64,000 nucleotides of DNA from Planctomycetales bacterium (lineage in GTDB: Bacteria > 4484-113): contig JBBIRS010000006.1 of the NCBI GenBank assembly GCA_037441675.1, forward strand, positions 51,644 to 115,643, in the 5' to 3' direction. Positions 41,592-52,723 of the stretch are shown here, in pieces. Within the stretch, counting starts at the first letter, position 1. Every line of letters begins with the position of its first letter. The notes under the pieces were generated by a model. The model saw nothing but the letters and a program-made list of their open reading frames with translations. It was not told the DNA's origin and ran no database searches. Position numbers and translations under genes: made by a program.

Positions 41592-42338
41592 TTACTTGCC
41601 TCTTGCGGCAGAAAATCTATTAGCTACATCCTGCCAATTAACTACGTTCCACCACGCATCCACGTATGCTCCGCGGTTGTTCTGGTATTTCAGGTAGTAA
41701 GCATGTTCCCATACATCAAGCATCAGAAGTGGGACCACCGCTCGCACGGTTTGGTTCTGATGATTTTCAGCTGTATAGATGAGAAGTTGATTACTCAGTT
41801 TATCCCAACCAAGAATTGCCCAACCGCTCCCTTCAACTGCTTTAGCTTCGGAGGAGTAGTGGGCTTTGAAATTGTTGAAGCTCCCAAAATCCTTGATAAT
41901 TTGCTTTAACAGTTCGCCTTCAGGTTCTCCACCTCCGTTTGGACTCATATTTTCCCAAAATATGCAGTGATTTATGTGTCCACTAGCATGGAACGCAAGT
42001 TCACGCCCCCAGTGCTTAACCATGGAAAAATCATTATTCGCTCTTGCTTTTTCAAGAGCTTCCAAAGCGGTATTAGCGCCGTTGACATACGCAAGATGAT
42101 GTTTATCGTGATGAAGGCGCATAGTTTGTTCATCAATGTGTGGCTCTAAAGCATTGTAATCATATGGTAGTGGTGGTAATTCGTATCTTGCCATTTTAAT
42201 TTCCTCCTTCCTTTTATCTAAAGAATTAGTTAATATCGTCAGAGCCTTTATAGGCTTAAGCAACACTAAAGCAAATCCAGCAAGGCTTAATTCACTAATT
42301 GTTCTTATGAACTGCCTTCTGGTAAGAGAAAAATCCAT
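41592..42338 (-). CDS. sod: Fe/Mn superoxide dismutase; canonical start at 42194, in-frame Tat-signal extension from 42338
   Basis: LPPLPYDYNALEPHI, HHDKHH, GHINH, GSGW, DVWEHAYY; upstream LTRRQFI plus a hydrophobic segment. Confidence 0.95.
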   Translation of the reverse strand: MDFSLTRRQFIRTISELSLAGFALVLLKPIKALTILTNSLDKRKEEIKMARYELPPLPYDYNALEPHIDEQTMRLHHDKHHLAYVNGANTALEALEKARANNDFSMVKHWGRELAFHASGHINHCIFWENMSPNGGGEPEGELLKQIIKDFGSFNNFKAHYSSEAKAVEGSGWAILGWDKLSNQLLIYTAENHQNQTVRAVVPLLMLDVWEHAYYLKYQNNRGAYVDAWWNVVNWQDVANRFSAARGK

Positions 42339-42452
42339 AAACCTACTCTGGCTAACAAAACTAATACTACCCTATGCCTAATGATTTTATCCTAAAATTA
42401 TGAAACCTAGTTGCAGAAAAGAATGGCTCGCTTCAAGCTAATTTAGTCCTAC

Positions 42453-42992
42453 TTAGATAAAACGCGCAATAGCGTCATATGGTTTCCTGGAGGATCTCAC
42501 CTCAAGGTGTTTTGGCTTACCCACAGGGATTATTGCGACAGGTCTTTCATATTCTTTCAGAGCAAGAACATCACTGACTTTTCCCTCATCAAATGCCCCA
42601 ACCCAGACCGAGCCATAGCCTAGACATTTAGCAGAGATCATCAGATTCATTCCCGCGCAAGCTGTATCTTGGATTGAATAAAGCTCTCGTCCCCGTTTCC
42701 CATATCTCCATTCGCTTTCTCTTGGAATTGCGCAAATAACAAAAACTACTGGTGCTTCCGCTATAAAATTCTGCTCATATGCTGATTGCGCTAACTTTCT
42801 TCGCACTTCCGCGTTGCTAACAACATAGAAACGCCAGGGTTGAAGGTTACCCGCGGATGGCGCCCATCTCATAGCCTCAAGAAGGAGTTGAACGTGCTCT
42901 TCAGGTATCTTTTCATTTAGGAAAGCTCGGCAACTCTGCCTTTCCAGGATGCATTCCCTAATAAAATCCTCACCCTTCATCCTTCCTCCCAA
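42453..42992 (-). CDS. Nitroreductase family protein
   Basis: RQSCRAF, APSAGNLQPWRF, LGYGSVWVGAF. Confidence 0.92.
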   Translation of the reverse strand: MGGRMKGEDFIRECILERQSCRAFLNEKIPEEHVQLLLEAMRWAPSAGNLQPWRFYVVSNAEVRRKLAQSAYEQNFIAEAPVVFVICAIPRESEWRYGKRGRELYSIQDTACAGMNLMISAKCLGYGSVWVGAFDEGKVSDVLALKEYERPVAIIPVGKPKHLEVRSSRKPYDAIARFI

Positions 42993-43038
42993 ATGTTGGT
43001 TATTTCAATATACGCTAATGTTTCAAGCATCACTCTCG

Positions 43039-43965
43039 TTATTTAGGCGCACACTCAAAAAGGAATTTGGCGGATTCCTCAACCTCGTCATAACGAGTGA
43101 GTTTATCCAACCATCTTTTAGGAATACTGTTAATGCCAAGTTTTGCTCCAAGCAATGCGCCAGTAACTGCGCCTGTTGTATCCGCATCATGTCCGAGGGA
43201 TACTGCCTCAATTAGCGCTTCTTCAAAACTCTGGGAGTTAAATAGAAACCAGAAGGCAGTTTGAAGGGTATCAAGTACAAACCCCCCCGTTTGAAGTTCT
43301 TCTAGTTCTGTGGTTGGAATGCTTTCAATTCTTTTGGCGACTGCGGGATTCATCCCCCTTGCCCAGGTGAAAACGTCATCGAATGAAATATCATCTCCCA
43401 AACTAAGAAAAGCAATAGTGTGGTCAATGAGCGAGGCTGAATCTAAGCATCTTGGATCGCCATGGGTAATGCTCGCAACTGCTTTTGAAGCTTCAGTTCT
43501 TCTTTCAAAGCTTGCTCTTCTGAGGTACAAGCCGATCGGTGGGGTTCTCATTATACAACTATTTCCCGCTAGCCAACCTCCACTTTCCTTCCATACAGTT
43601 CTACCCGCCTCTTCGGGTGGAACGCCTCTCATCAATGCTTCAATTGCTTGGTAGGTTTGTCCGCCTATATCTTTTGGCTGAGTTTTCATCCACATAATTA
43701 AGCCATTTGCAATTTCATTAAGGTCAATTCCACCTGCTTGCTGGATTGCTTTCGTGATAATAAGTGCAAGCTCGGTATCGTCAGTGAATTCTCCCGGTCT
43801 TAAGTTTAGCCAGCCTCCCCCTATCATTTCCTTTATCTTCCCATACTTCTGTCTTACTTCTTCTCGGGGTATTCCCTCTAACGGTGCTCCTAATGCGTCT
43901 CCTACCGCGAGCCCAAATATACAGCCGAATACTCTATCTCTTTCCCCCACTTCCATCTTGGTCAA
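43039..43965 (-). CDS. ADP-ribosylglycohydrolase (DraG/ARH family)
   Basis: GLAVGDALGAPLE, TDDT, GNSCIMR, ITHGD, GHDADTTGA. Confidence 0.92.
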   Translation of the reverse strand: MTKMEVGERDRVFGCIFGLAVGDALGAPLEGIPREEVRQKYGKIKEMIGGGWLNLRPGEFTDDTELALIITKAIQQAGGIDLNEIANGLIMWMKTQPKDIGGQTYQAIEALMRGVPPEEAGRTVWKESGGWLAGNSCIMRTPPIGLYLRRASFERRTEASKAVASITHGDPRCLDSASLIDHTIAFLSLGDDISFDDVFTWARGMNPAVAKRIESIPTTELEELQTGGFVLDTLQTAFWFLFNSQSFEEALIEAVSLGHDADTTGAVTGALLGAKLGINSIPKRWLDKLTRYDEVEESAKFLFECAPK

Positions 43966-43982
43966 AATTATAGCACTATCAT

Positions 43983-44849
43983 CTAAAATTTCGCTTGCGC
44001 TTTAGCGCAAATGAGTATATTCTCCATCAGTTGGGCTATGGTCATAGGTCCTACCCCTCCCGGGACTGGTGAAATGGCGTAAACCTCATCTTTCACTTCG
44101 TCAAAATCTACATCTCCAACAAGCCGTTGTTCTCCTTGCTCGCTTAGTTCTCTATTGACACCAACGTCAACAACAATTGCTCCTTGACGAACGAAATTTT
44201 TCCTCACGAGTCTAGCTCTCCCGACTGCGCAGATGAGAATATCCGCCTCTCTTGTAACATTCTCAAGCTCCCTTGTTTTAGAATGACAAATGGTAACCGT
44301 AACGTTTTCTGCTAAGAGCAAAGCGGACAGCGGTTTTCCAACAATATTACTTCTTCCAATAATTACAGCATGTTTTCCTTCAATATTTAATTCATAGAAT
44401 TTAAGCAACTTGATGATACCTTCTGGCGTGCAAGGTTTCACGTAGGCATTTCCAAGCCATAGTTTGCCCACGTTCTCAGGATGTAAGCAGTCAACATCCT
44501 TCAGGGGATTAATCCTTGCCATCACCAGTTCCGATGATATATGGGAAGGTAATGGAAGCTGGATTAGTATTCCATTCACATCCCAGTTTTCATTGAGCTC
44601 GTCAATTAGATTGAGGAGAGAATTCTCACTTATTTCTGCTGGAAAGTGATGGAGTGTGCTAGTGATACTTAGTTTCTTCGCGACTTTAATCTTGTTATTA
44701 ACATATACAGTGGAAGCAGGATCATCACCCACCTGAATAACCGCTAAATGCGGTGCAGGTTTACCGAGCTCTAAAATTTTGCTAAGTTCGCCAGTCACTT
44801 GAGATAACAGTTTTTCAGCTGCAGGTTTACCTGCTAGAAGTATTTCCAA
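43983..44849 (-). CDS. folD: Bifunctional methylenetetrahydrofolate dehydrogenase/cyclohydrolase
   Basis: VGDDPAS..YV..K, GILIQLPLP, PCTP.G, GRSNIVGKP, PVPGGVGPMT. Confidence 0.97.
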   Translation of the reverse strand: MEILLAGKPAAEKLLSQVTGELSKILELGKPAPHLAVIQVGDDPASTVYVNNKIKVAKKLSITSTLHHFPAEISENSLLNLIDELNENWDVNGILIQLPLPSHISSELVMARINPLKDVDCLHPENVGKLWLGNAYVKPCTPEGIIKLLKFYELNIEGKHAVIIGRSNIVGKPLSALLLAENVTVTICHSKTRELENVTREADILICAVGRARLVRKNFVRQGAIVVDVGVNRELSEQGEQRLVGDVDFDEVKDEVYAISPVPGGVGPMTIAQLMENILICAKAQAKF

Positions 44850-44870
44850 TCGTTGCTCTTTCTCCTTTGT

Positions 44871-46412
44871 TTATTTGATTTGAGGTGGGGTTTGAGGAGT
44901 CTCCGGGATTTCTGGTGGGATAATTTCAATCTTTTCAAAGGGACCTTCAAATCTTGTGCCAACATTAGCTGGAACTTGGATGATCTCGGTGTGTATAATT
45001 CCGTCAAAAGTTGCAACGTAAGCTGTGTAACGAAGGTCTACCTTGTCTCCATCAATCACTTCGCGAAACATCTTTTGAGCAAGCGTGTTATCTCCCATTA
45101 CCTTTGCTATCTCATACAAATATTCCTTGACGATGGATAAATCTCGAGTGCCATCGTCCGCTCGATTTATGTATTTCTCCAAAAGCTCCTTAGCAAAGGC
45201 GAGTCTCTTTCCATCTACGAGGACTGCGGCTTTTAGATAATTCAGCGTTGGGGAGAGTGGGTCAGCCTTCTCTAAAACTTTTAGATGTGCCTTTAGAACC
45301 TCCATATCTCGGTTGTAAAAGAGTATCTTTGAAAGCTCTTCATAGTACTCCTTCATGGCGGGATACCTTTTCTCTAAAAGAACACGCGTGACCCGTTGCA
45401 TATTCGCATATTCCTTCTTTCTAGCGTAAATAAGCCCCAGTAGGGCAAGCGAGTCGGGTTGATACTTTCCCCTATCTCCACCCAACTGCATTAACGCTGT
45501 GTCATAATCACCGAGAATGTAATAGAGTTTGGAGTTGTCATACGATGGTAAAGGTTGGTTAACGCTAGGGGAGTTGGAGTTGTCTGGGCCATTCTCAAGG
45601 CTAGGGTTATAGCTGTACGTTCCCTTCTGGGATTGCTTTATGGCTTCAATCTCAGCGGAGATATATCTCATATTCTCGTTAATAATATTTCTAAAGATAT
45701 TGGCAACCATATTTGCTTCTTCTAGCTTTTGCTGAGCTGATTTGAGCTCCCCTTGAAGGAAAAGTTGAACCGCTCTATTATTAAGAATTACTCCTTCATC
45801 CTCTGGGTTGAACGGGATCTTTCTCAAGTGAAAGCCAAATGAATATGTGCCGGTGGTCGGATCGAAAGTAATGAGGTAGTAATTGTATTTGTAAGGCAAA
45901 GAAACGAGGTTGTAGTAGGATTGGTCTTTCTGCCAAAGGAGAAGAGTATATTCAGAGAGCTGTTCAATTCTAGGCTCGAGCACTTTGGTTAAGCGAAAAA
46001 TCTTTTCCCCCGGATTCACTCCGAGAGAGTAAATACTTATATCTACGAAGATACGATTTTGCCGACGTTCCCCCACAGTGATGAGAGCGTGTGAACCATC
46101 ACCAACGAAGGATAGTCCTGTTAGCGGAATTGAATCTTTCTTAATTCTTCCCGATTTAACTTCAACAACTTTTTCTTTCTCTAACTTCAATAGTCGCCAC
46201 TCGCCGTATTCTCCCATATCTAGGAGAAATCCAGCGAAGCTATAAAATCCACCGGCGAATGCGCTTACTACTACTTTCTCGTTGGAGACTGATTTTTGAA
46301 ACAATGCTTGTTCTTCTGGAGTAGTTGCGTTGCCTGCCCTCCCGATAACAATCGTTGCAATTATGAGAACGTGAACGCTTAGAGTTATTCTTAAGCCCCA
46401 AAACACAGACAT
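44871..46412 (-). CDS. Exported protein with TPR-like repeats
   Basis: N-terminal hydrophobic signal; helical repeats such as ILNNRAVQLFLQGELKSA and ALLGLIYARKKEY. Confidence 0.7.
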   Translation of the reverse strand: MSVFWGLRITLSVHVLIIATIVIGRAGNATTPEEQALFQKSVSNEKVVVSAFAGGFYSFAGFLLDMGEYGEWRLLKLEKEKVVEVKSGRIKKDSIPLTGLSFVGDGSHALITVGERRQNRIFVDISIYSLGVNPGEKIFRLTKVLEPRIEQLSEYTLLLWQKDQSYYNLVSLPYKYNYYLITFDPTTGTYSFGFHLRKIPFNPEDEGVILNNRAVQLFLQGELKSAQQKLEEANMVANIFRNIINENMRYISAEIEAIKQSQKGTYSYNPSLENGPDNSNSPSVNQPLPSYDNSKLYYILGDYDTALMQLGGDRGKYQPDSLALLGLIYARKKEYANMQRVTRVLLEKRYPAMKEYYEELSKILFYNRDMEVLKAHLKVLEKADPLSPTLNYLKAAVLVDGKRLAFAKELLEKYINRADDGTRDLSIVKEYLYEIAKVMGDNTLAQKMFREVIDGDKVDLRYTAYVATFDGIIHTEIIQVPANVGTRFEGPFEKIEIIPPEIPETPQTPPQIK

Positions 46413-46832
46413 CTTTCTTCTATCTCTATGGTTAATTGCATTTTCATTATAAACCTAAATGGAAGAAACATCCTTGAATGTGAAAACTGATGGCAATTCT
46501 ATAGCAACTATTATAGACTAATTGCTCCTGAGTGTTGTTTCAAGATATTAGACACACCTATTATAGTTATTCTAAGTGTTTTAATGAGCGGAAATAATGG
46601 TAGATGCCTGAAATTATATAGTCCTTTAGTTTTCTCTTAATTGAAACTTCCGACTAGCTGATTGACAAACAGGAATTACGCGTATTAGAATGAGAGCAGG
46701 TCTTAAGATTTTACGATTGATTTTCTTTTTTCTCTTTTGGATTTCAAAGCTTTGGGCGAGAGGGGTATGCGCTTCTACCACGTTTAGCTTTAGGATAGGC
46801 GAAAAAGTTTGTATAAATGAGGAGGCAAGTTT

Positions 46833-48384
46833 ATGAATTTCTCCAATTGTAATCATTGTGCATTGTTCCGCGCTATATTTACTGGACAGGCTGGGAGAGT
46901 GCTAGCTCTATTTTCTGTCTCGTTGTTAATCTTATTTAGCGTTTCAGTTTGTTGTGGGAAAAAGTCAGTCTCCACAACCTCCCAATTAAGCCCCAAGGCT
47001 TATGAAGAAGAGGCGGGTAAAGTTACTACCAAGGTGAAACCTCGCCAGGTGGCGATCGCGGATGTTATTTTAGAGTTGGAGGGGTTAACCGCGCCTGATG
47101 ATGTAGATGAAGGCATCTTTGAGCAGATAAAGCTTGAGCTTTCATCTCTCTAAATTAGAGGAAGCCAGCTAGATTGTCCAGCAAGCCTCCAACAGGGGCC
47201 CGAGCAACCGCGTGGAGGATTTGCAGTTATCGAGAAATACTAACGGAACATTAAGCCTTAATTGGAGTTATCGCAACATTGGTGATTATAACCTGGACGG
47301 AAAAGTTGACATTCAGGAAATTTCTCATCTAGCGAGACACTTTTTTCATGCATCTGAAGCCCAAGGAGGAACTCCAACCGATTCTCCTATAGAAACGTTG
47401 ATTATCCTTATATATACTTTTGGACCCTAGACAGAATTCCACGTAACAAAAGGAACAATGACTGTTTTTATAGGGCTTTGCGGTTAGCGGAGTCGATTGA
47501 GAAAGCGCAAAAGGCCTAAGGATGAATACTCTCTTAACAGCAACATCTGGAATCTATGTATGGAAACATCCAGCGAACTTGACAAGAAGAAGGCTATTCT
47601 ACTTCTTGCATCCACAATACTGCACGAGTTTGGACATCAAAAGCAGCATCTTAAGAAGGATGGTGGAGTTAGGATGTCGGTGAGGCGGGACTTGAAAAGG
47701 GAAGACTGATCGAAAAGAATATTTTCTGTGGAGACATTGACTACGACCCAGCGACTGGACAACTCACACTTGACCCATTAGATAGTAGTGCACCAACGGA
47801 GTTAATTGAACAGAGAATTGACGAACTGATTGACGGTGATAGGTGGACGTGCGGAGAAAACTCTGTGCGTAGCACTAGTCAGTCTGAACCAAGTGGATTA
47901 GAGATTACCATTGAGTATCAAAAAACCAGTTTTGATGACCACTTGCCGAAACCTTTTGATATTACCAACAGAAATGGTAGCTCTCAGCCCTTAAAAATCC
48001 TACCCACAATCTTTGGTGTTCATTACCCAATAAGATTTGACATTTCTAATGGGAGCGGTGAATAAGTAGCATGGATTTATCCTGAATTTGATTTGTCCAT
48101 GGAGCAAGATACATACTCAACCTTGAACCCGGGCGAAGAAGTTACCGTTTCTTGGGTTCTCAGATATGATGAATACGGACAAGCAACACGATAAGCGCTT
48201 TTTACCTTTAGAGACTATACTGTAAAAGTAGTTTACTCTGAGTTTGTTTCTCATTATGACCCAGTATAATCAGTGGAGCTACCAAGCGGGTGGAAGCTTC
48301 AACAGAACCTGAGCAGTAATAGGGCAGGACGGTTCCCTCTATGTAGGAAGTGACGATAGCAAGCTCTATAAATTCAAGGATTAA
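46833..48384 (+). pseudogene. Degraded third paralog of the dockerin-like surface lipoprotein family, with remnants of HExxH and PQQ-type propeller domains
   Basis: Fragments SVCCG, APDDVDEGIFEQIKLEL, KPPTG/PSNRVEDL, LNWSYRNIGDYNLDGKVDIQE, TILHEFGH and GQDGSLYVGSDDSKLY, separated by stops and frameshifts. Confidence 0.7.
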
Positions 48385-48691
48385 ACGATGTGTTTAGCTG
48401 TCCATGCTTGTCTTAGCGAATTGTAAGGATGGTAGCTTGAACTTGGACATAGGATTGTCTCGCCTTGCTATGTGCCTTTATGGGACAAGCACAGTTCGTC
48501 TTACCAGCAGCTCTAATTTTAATTTTATTGGGCGAGCGAGACAATTTGCTCCCAAGTCAAGGGATGACACATCCATTTGCAATTGTAAAGCTCTTGTGGT
48601 ATAAAATTTAGTTAATTAAATAAGGGAAGGTGAACCTGTTTAACGTTTTATAACCTTCGCATTAGTGGTAGGTAAAAAACAGGGCTTTTGA

Positions 48692-49516
48692 ATGAGCGCA
48701 AGTGGGTTTTTGCTAACAAGCAGGGCTATTTCTGGAGCCGAGGTTGTTGAGCTAATTAGCGGTGCAGTTTTAGGAACCGTTTATGACACGCTCGTTGACC
48801 TTGACGACAGGAAAGTTGACTGCCTAGGAATACTGCCTGCCTCGTGGTACCAAGGGGGAACAATTCTCGCTGTTACCGACATACTTGGCTACGATGAGGG
48901 GGTTTTGCTGATAGAGAAAGCTACCGACCTCGTTTCGCCTCGACTTAAAGACGTTAAACCGAACAAGAATCTGACCGGAGTTAAAGAACTAACCAGCAGA
49001 ACCGTTGTTGACAAGGCTGGGCATGTGTACGGAAGAGTGCTTGCCGTTTTGTTCGACTCAAAGGGCAAGATTTGTGGGCTTGAAGTTGAGAAAGAGGTAA
49101 TTGAAAGGATAATAAACGTTGACAAAATAATCGCCATTGGGGATAAGTACATCATCGTTGAATTAACTAAAGAGTCTGCTGGAGGTGAAGAAGAGGATAA
49201 AGGTAAAAAAGTTTTTGAAGGCGAAACTCTTGACGCCCAAAAGGCAGGTGCGCTCAGGGTTGCTAGTTCGGTAAACTCTATCAGTGAAGAACTTTCCGAA
49301 TTCTCTCAACTAGGGAAATTTAAGGGACGAAGATTAGAATTTTACTTGGATAAGCCATCACCAGTGAGTTTTATCACAGAGGGCGGTGAGACAATTGTTA
49401 GCGTTGGCGAAAGACTTACTCCTTACGTACTCAATCGCTTACTTAGTGAGGGTTTACTTCAGGAGCTATATACCGTATTTCCAGAGGAAGAAAATAGCTC
49501 TAACTTTAGCTCCTAA
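48692..49516 (+). CDS. PRC-barrel domain protein (two barrels)
   Basis: ISGAEVVELISGAVLGTV.D.LVD and VVDKAGHVYGRV..IIAIGDKYIIV. Confidence 0.8.
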   Translation: MSASGFLLTSRAISGAEVVELISGAVLGTVYDTLVDLDDRKVDCLGILPASWYQGGTILAVTDILGYDEGVLLIEKATDLVSPRLKDVKPNKNLTGVKELTSRTVVDKAGHVYGRVLAVLFDSKGKICGLEVEKEVIERIINVDKIIAIGDKYIIVELTKESAGGEEEDKGKKVFEGETLDAQKAGALRVASSVNSISEELSEFSQLGKFKGRRLEFYLDKPSPVSFITEGGETIVSVGERLTPYVLNRLLSEGLLQELYTVFPEEENSSNFSS

Positions 49517-49708
49517 GATCTCATATTTCGGTTTTGAAATATAACTAGAAGGATTTTCCACTAATTCGTTCTTAATAATCTATTCACACTTATCAATTAC
49601 TTTTTCTTTGTATTAACAAACTTTTATACTTAAAACGGGTATTGATTATAAGAAATGTAGAATACTTAATGAGATTATGTATCAGGAGAAAAGTATTGTT
49701 TTGGAGAT

Positions 49709-50035
49709 ATGGGTGAAGAAAATACCTTGAACACATATGGTGGACAATTAGAAATAGAAATTGATAGCGTTAACTTTTCTGAGCTCCCCATTGAGTTAAA
49801 ACATAAAATATTCTCTTTTGATGGTGGAGGAGTTTACGCTCTTGGAATATTTCCAAACCTACCCGCAAAGGAGAATATGGAATTTAAGATTTTAGAGAGT
49901 GGTCGTAAATTAAGAGTAAGATTTAAGAGGGAATTAACCAAAGAAGATGAAAAGTATGTTGGCGTTGTTACTAAAAGATCAGGAATACTTGTTTTACACC
50001 TGCTTAATACCGAGGGGGATACTATTAGTGGATGA
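49709..50035 (+). CDS. Hypothetical protein
   Basis: 108-aa AT-rich ORF with a GGAG SD. Confidence 0.55.
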   Translation: MGEENTLNTYGGQLEIEIDSVNFSELPIELKHKIFSFDGGGVYALGIFPNLPAKENMEFKILESGRKLRVRFKRELTKEDEKYVGVVTKRSGILVLHLLNTEGDTISG

Positions 50036-50170
50036 TTGGAGAACTAATCTTCTTACTCCTTCCAAAATTTTTTTTCGCTTGTAAGGTAGAGAGAAGATTA
50101 ATTTGTATCTTTAATTATCCTTAAATATTGGACATAATGCTTATCCAACAACTGAAAAATCTAAGGGATT

Positions 50171-51976
50171 CTAATGACGCCTTGTTCTGTCTCTTTTCAT
50201 CACTGCGAGGAAAGCCTCTTGCGGGACATCAACCTTGCCAATTGCGCGCATGCGCTGTTTACCTTTTCTCTGTTTCTCTAAGAGCTTCCTCTTTCTAGTA
50301 ACATCACCGCCGTAACATTTTGCAAGGACGTCTTTTCTAAGAGCAGGAATTGTCTCTCTTGCTATGATTTTGTTTCCAATCGCTGCTTGTATTGGAATTG
50401 CGAATAGATGCCTTGGGATTGTCTCACGTAGAATTGAAACAACTTCCTTCCCTCTTTCGTATGCCTTAGTTTTGTGCGCCATAAAAGATAAAGCTTCGGC
50501 TCGCACCTGATTCACTAGTATATCTACTCGAACGAGATCACTCTCCCTGTAACCTAGAACCTCGTAATCAAAACTGGCGTAACCTTTGCTTTTGGATTTG
50601 AGTTCATCGTAAAACTCGTAAAGGATTTCTGCTAGCGGTAGCTCAACTGTTACAGAAAGGCGCGATTCAGTTAAGTAGTTAATATTCTTCACTTCCGCTC
50701 TATGATGCTTTGCAAGCTCAATAACCGCTGACTGATATTGCACGGGTGTGATAATTGTTCCAAGAATAAAAGGTTCTTTAATTAAGGCAATTTTGGTTGA
50801 ATCTGGAATTTCAGCTGGATTGTCAACCACTAAAGTTCTTCCATCGGTAAGAGTAATCTCATAGGCAACCGAAGGTGCGGTTGCAATTAAATCAAGGTTG
50901 TATTCGCGTTCCAAGCGCTCTTGCACTATCTCCATATGTAGCAAACCTAAAAATCCGCATCTAAAGCCAAATCCTAGTGCTTCGCTACTTTCCTGCTCAA
51001 AGGACAATGCGGAATCGTTAAGGGAAAGTCGCTGAAGAGCGGTGCGAAGATTTTCAAAGTTTTCTCCTTCCCTACAATAGAGACCGCAAAAAACCAGTGG
51101 TTTGACCTTCTTAAATCCAGTTAGCGGTTTCTTGGCTCTTCTCTTCGCCTGAGTTATCGTGTCGCCAACCCGAGCGTCGCCAATCTCCTTAATCCCAGCC
51201 ATTATGTAACCTACATCACCCGCACTGAGCCGTTCAATGGGCGTAAGCTGAGGCTTGAAAATGCCTGTTTCAGTAACGATAAAGCGCTTGCCGGAAGACA
51301 TCATCTCAATCTCATCTCCGACTGCAACACTTCCATCAAAGACTCGCACATAGGTGACGATACCCCGAAATGGATTGTAGTGGCTATCAAAAATGAGAGC
51401 GCGAAGCGGAGAATCTAAGTCTCCCTTTGGAGGCGATACTCTTTTGACCACGCATTCTACAAGCTCCTCCACACCTTCGCCAGTTTTAGCTGAGACCTTT
51501 AGGATATCCTCTCTCTTACCTCCTATTAGTGACAAAATTTCCTCCTCTGTCTCAAAAATTCTAGCAACTGGGAGGTCAACCTTATTGATGGCGGGTATAA
51601 TGTCTAAGCCTTCCTCAATTGCCAAGAAAAGGTTTGCGATGGTTTGAGCTTCCACACCTTGCGTAGCATCAACAAGAAGAATCGCACCTTCACAAGCCTT
51701 GAGGGATCTACTTACCTCATACGAGAAATCTACATGACCAGGTGTGTCAATTAAATGTAAGGTATAAGCCTGACCATCCTTCGCGGTGTAGTTCATCCTT
51801 ACCGCCTGCAGTTTGATTGTTATCCCCCGCTCACGCTCAATCTCCATTGTGTCCAAAAATTGCTCTCGCATTTTTCTCGGCTCAATGGAATAGGTTTTCT
51901 CCAAAATCCTATCCGCTAGGGTTGATTTACCATGATCAATGTGAGCGATAATACAGAAGTTGCGGATATGCTCCAT
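50171..51976 (-). CDS. lepA: Elongation factor 4
   Basis: [43 protein letters not shown]. Confidence 0.99.
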   Translation of the reverse strand: MEHIRNFCIIAHIDHGKSTLADRILEKTYSIEPRKMREQFLDTMEIERERGITIKLQAVRMNYTAKDGQAYTLHLIDTPGHVDFSYEVSRSLKACEGAILLVDATQGVEAQTIANLFLAIEEGLDIIPAINKVDLPVARIFETEEEILSLIGGKREDILKVSAKTGEGVEELVECVVKRVSPPKGDLDSPLRALIFDSHYNPFRGIVTYVRVFDGSVAVGDEIEMMSSGKRFIVTETGIFKPQLTPIERLSAGDVGYIMAGIKEIGDARVGDTITQAKRRAKKPLTGFKKVKPLVFCGLYCREGENFENLRTALQRLSLNDSALSFEQESSEALGFGFRCGFLGLLHMEIVQERLEREYNLDLIATAPSVAYEITLTDGRTLVVDNPAEIPDSTKIALIKEPFILGTIITPVQYQSAVIELAKHHRAEVKNINYLTESRLSVTVELPLAEILYEFYDELKSKSKGYASFDYEVLGYRESDLVRVDILVNQVRAEALSFMAHKTKAYERGKEVVSILRETIPRHLFAIPIQAAIGNKIIARETIPALRKDVLAKCYGGDVTRKRKLLEKQRKGKQRMRAIGKVDVPQEAFLAVMKRDRTRRH

Positions 51977-52170
51977 CTTTTTGCTAATTGTTACTCTGAA
52001 TAGAATGACTCACTTTCTTAACAACACGATTATACAGAGATGTGACTACGATTGAAAATGTAAGGTTTAGCGATGGATGATAAATGATTAATTATGTAAT
52101 ACGATAATTTTGAATATTGTTAAGAAAGCTGATGTTAGTATAATAAGATGAGATATTAAGGGGATGGAAA

Positions 52171-52650
52171 GTGAAACATAAGCCCTTTGTCAAAATCCTC
52201 TGGCTAGCTTTCTTCTTTGCACTCATAATTTATCACGCACTAAGCTACTATGTACTTTACGGCGCAGTCAAGGGAATTGATCAATTTGTCTCAATCTTGA
52301 GTTATGTTTTTCTCTTCCTAGGGATATTTAGCGTGGTAGCGCTAATTAACGTAGATATTTTTATGCTAAGCAAGCCAGGCACAATTAGCATCTCTGTGGA
52401 AAGCCTGCCAATTGGAGTTGCAGATAAAAGTGAAGAAGAAATTCTAAAGATAGCAAAGGCTCATTGGTTTCAGATTAGATACATCCTCACTTTATCACTT
52501 GCGGAATTAAGCGGGATATTGGGATTGGTCCTTAGTATTCTTGGAGGCAATCAGGTTTATATCTCTACCCTTTTTGGCTTTGCGTACTTCTCACTTGTGT
52601 ACTTGCGCTTTAGACTTGGTATGACCTGGGAGAAGTTATACTTATCGTAA
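52171..52650 (+). CDS. Hypothetical 4-TM membrane protein
   Basis: Four hydrophobic helices; LSLAELSGILGL segment. Confidence 0.65.
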   Translation: MKHKPFVKILWLAFFFALIIYHALSYYVLYGAVKGIDQFVSILSYVFLFLGIFSVVALINVDIFMLSKPGTISISVESLPIGVADKSEEEILKIAKAHWFQIRYILTLSLAELSGILGLVLSILGGNQVYISTLFGFAYFSLVYLRFRLGMTWEKLYLS

Positions 52651-52723
52651 CCCCCACCAAAGCTGGGTAAATTTAGTGATTTTGTAAACAATTGCTTTGT
52701 CATCTGATAAGATATAAGAACTA

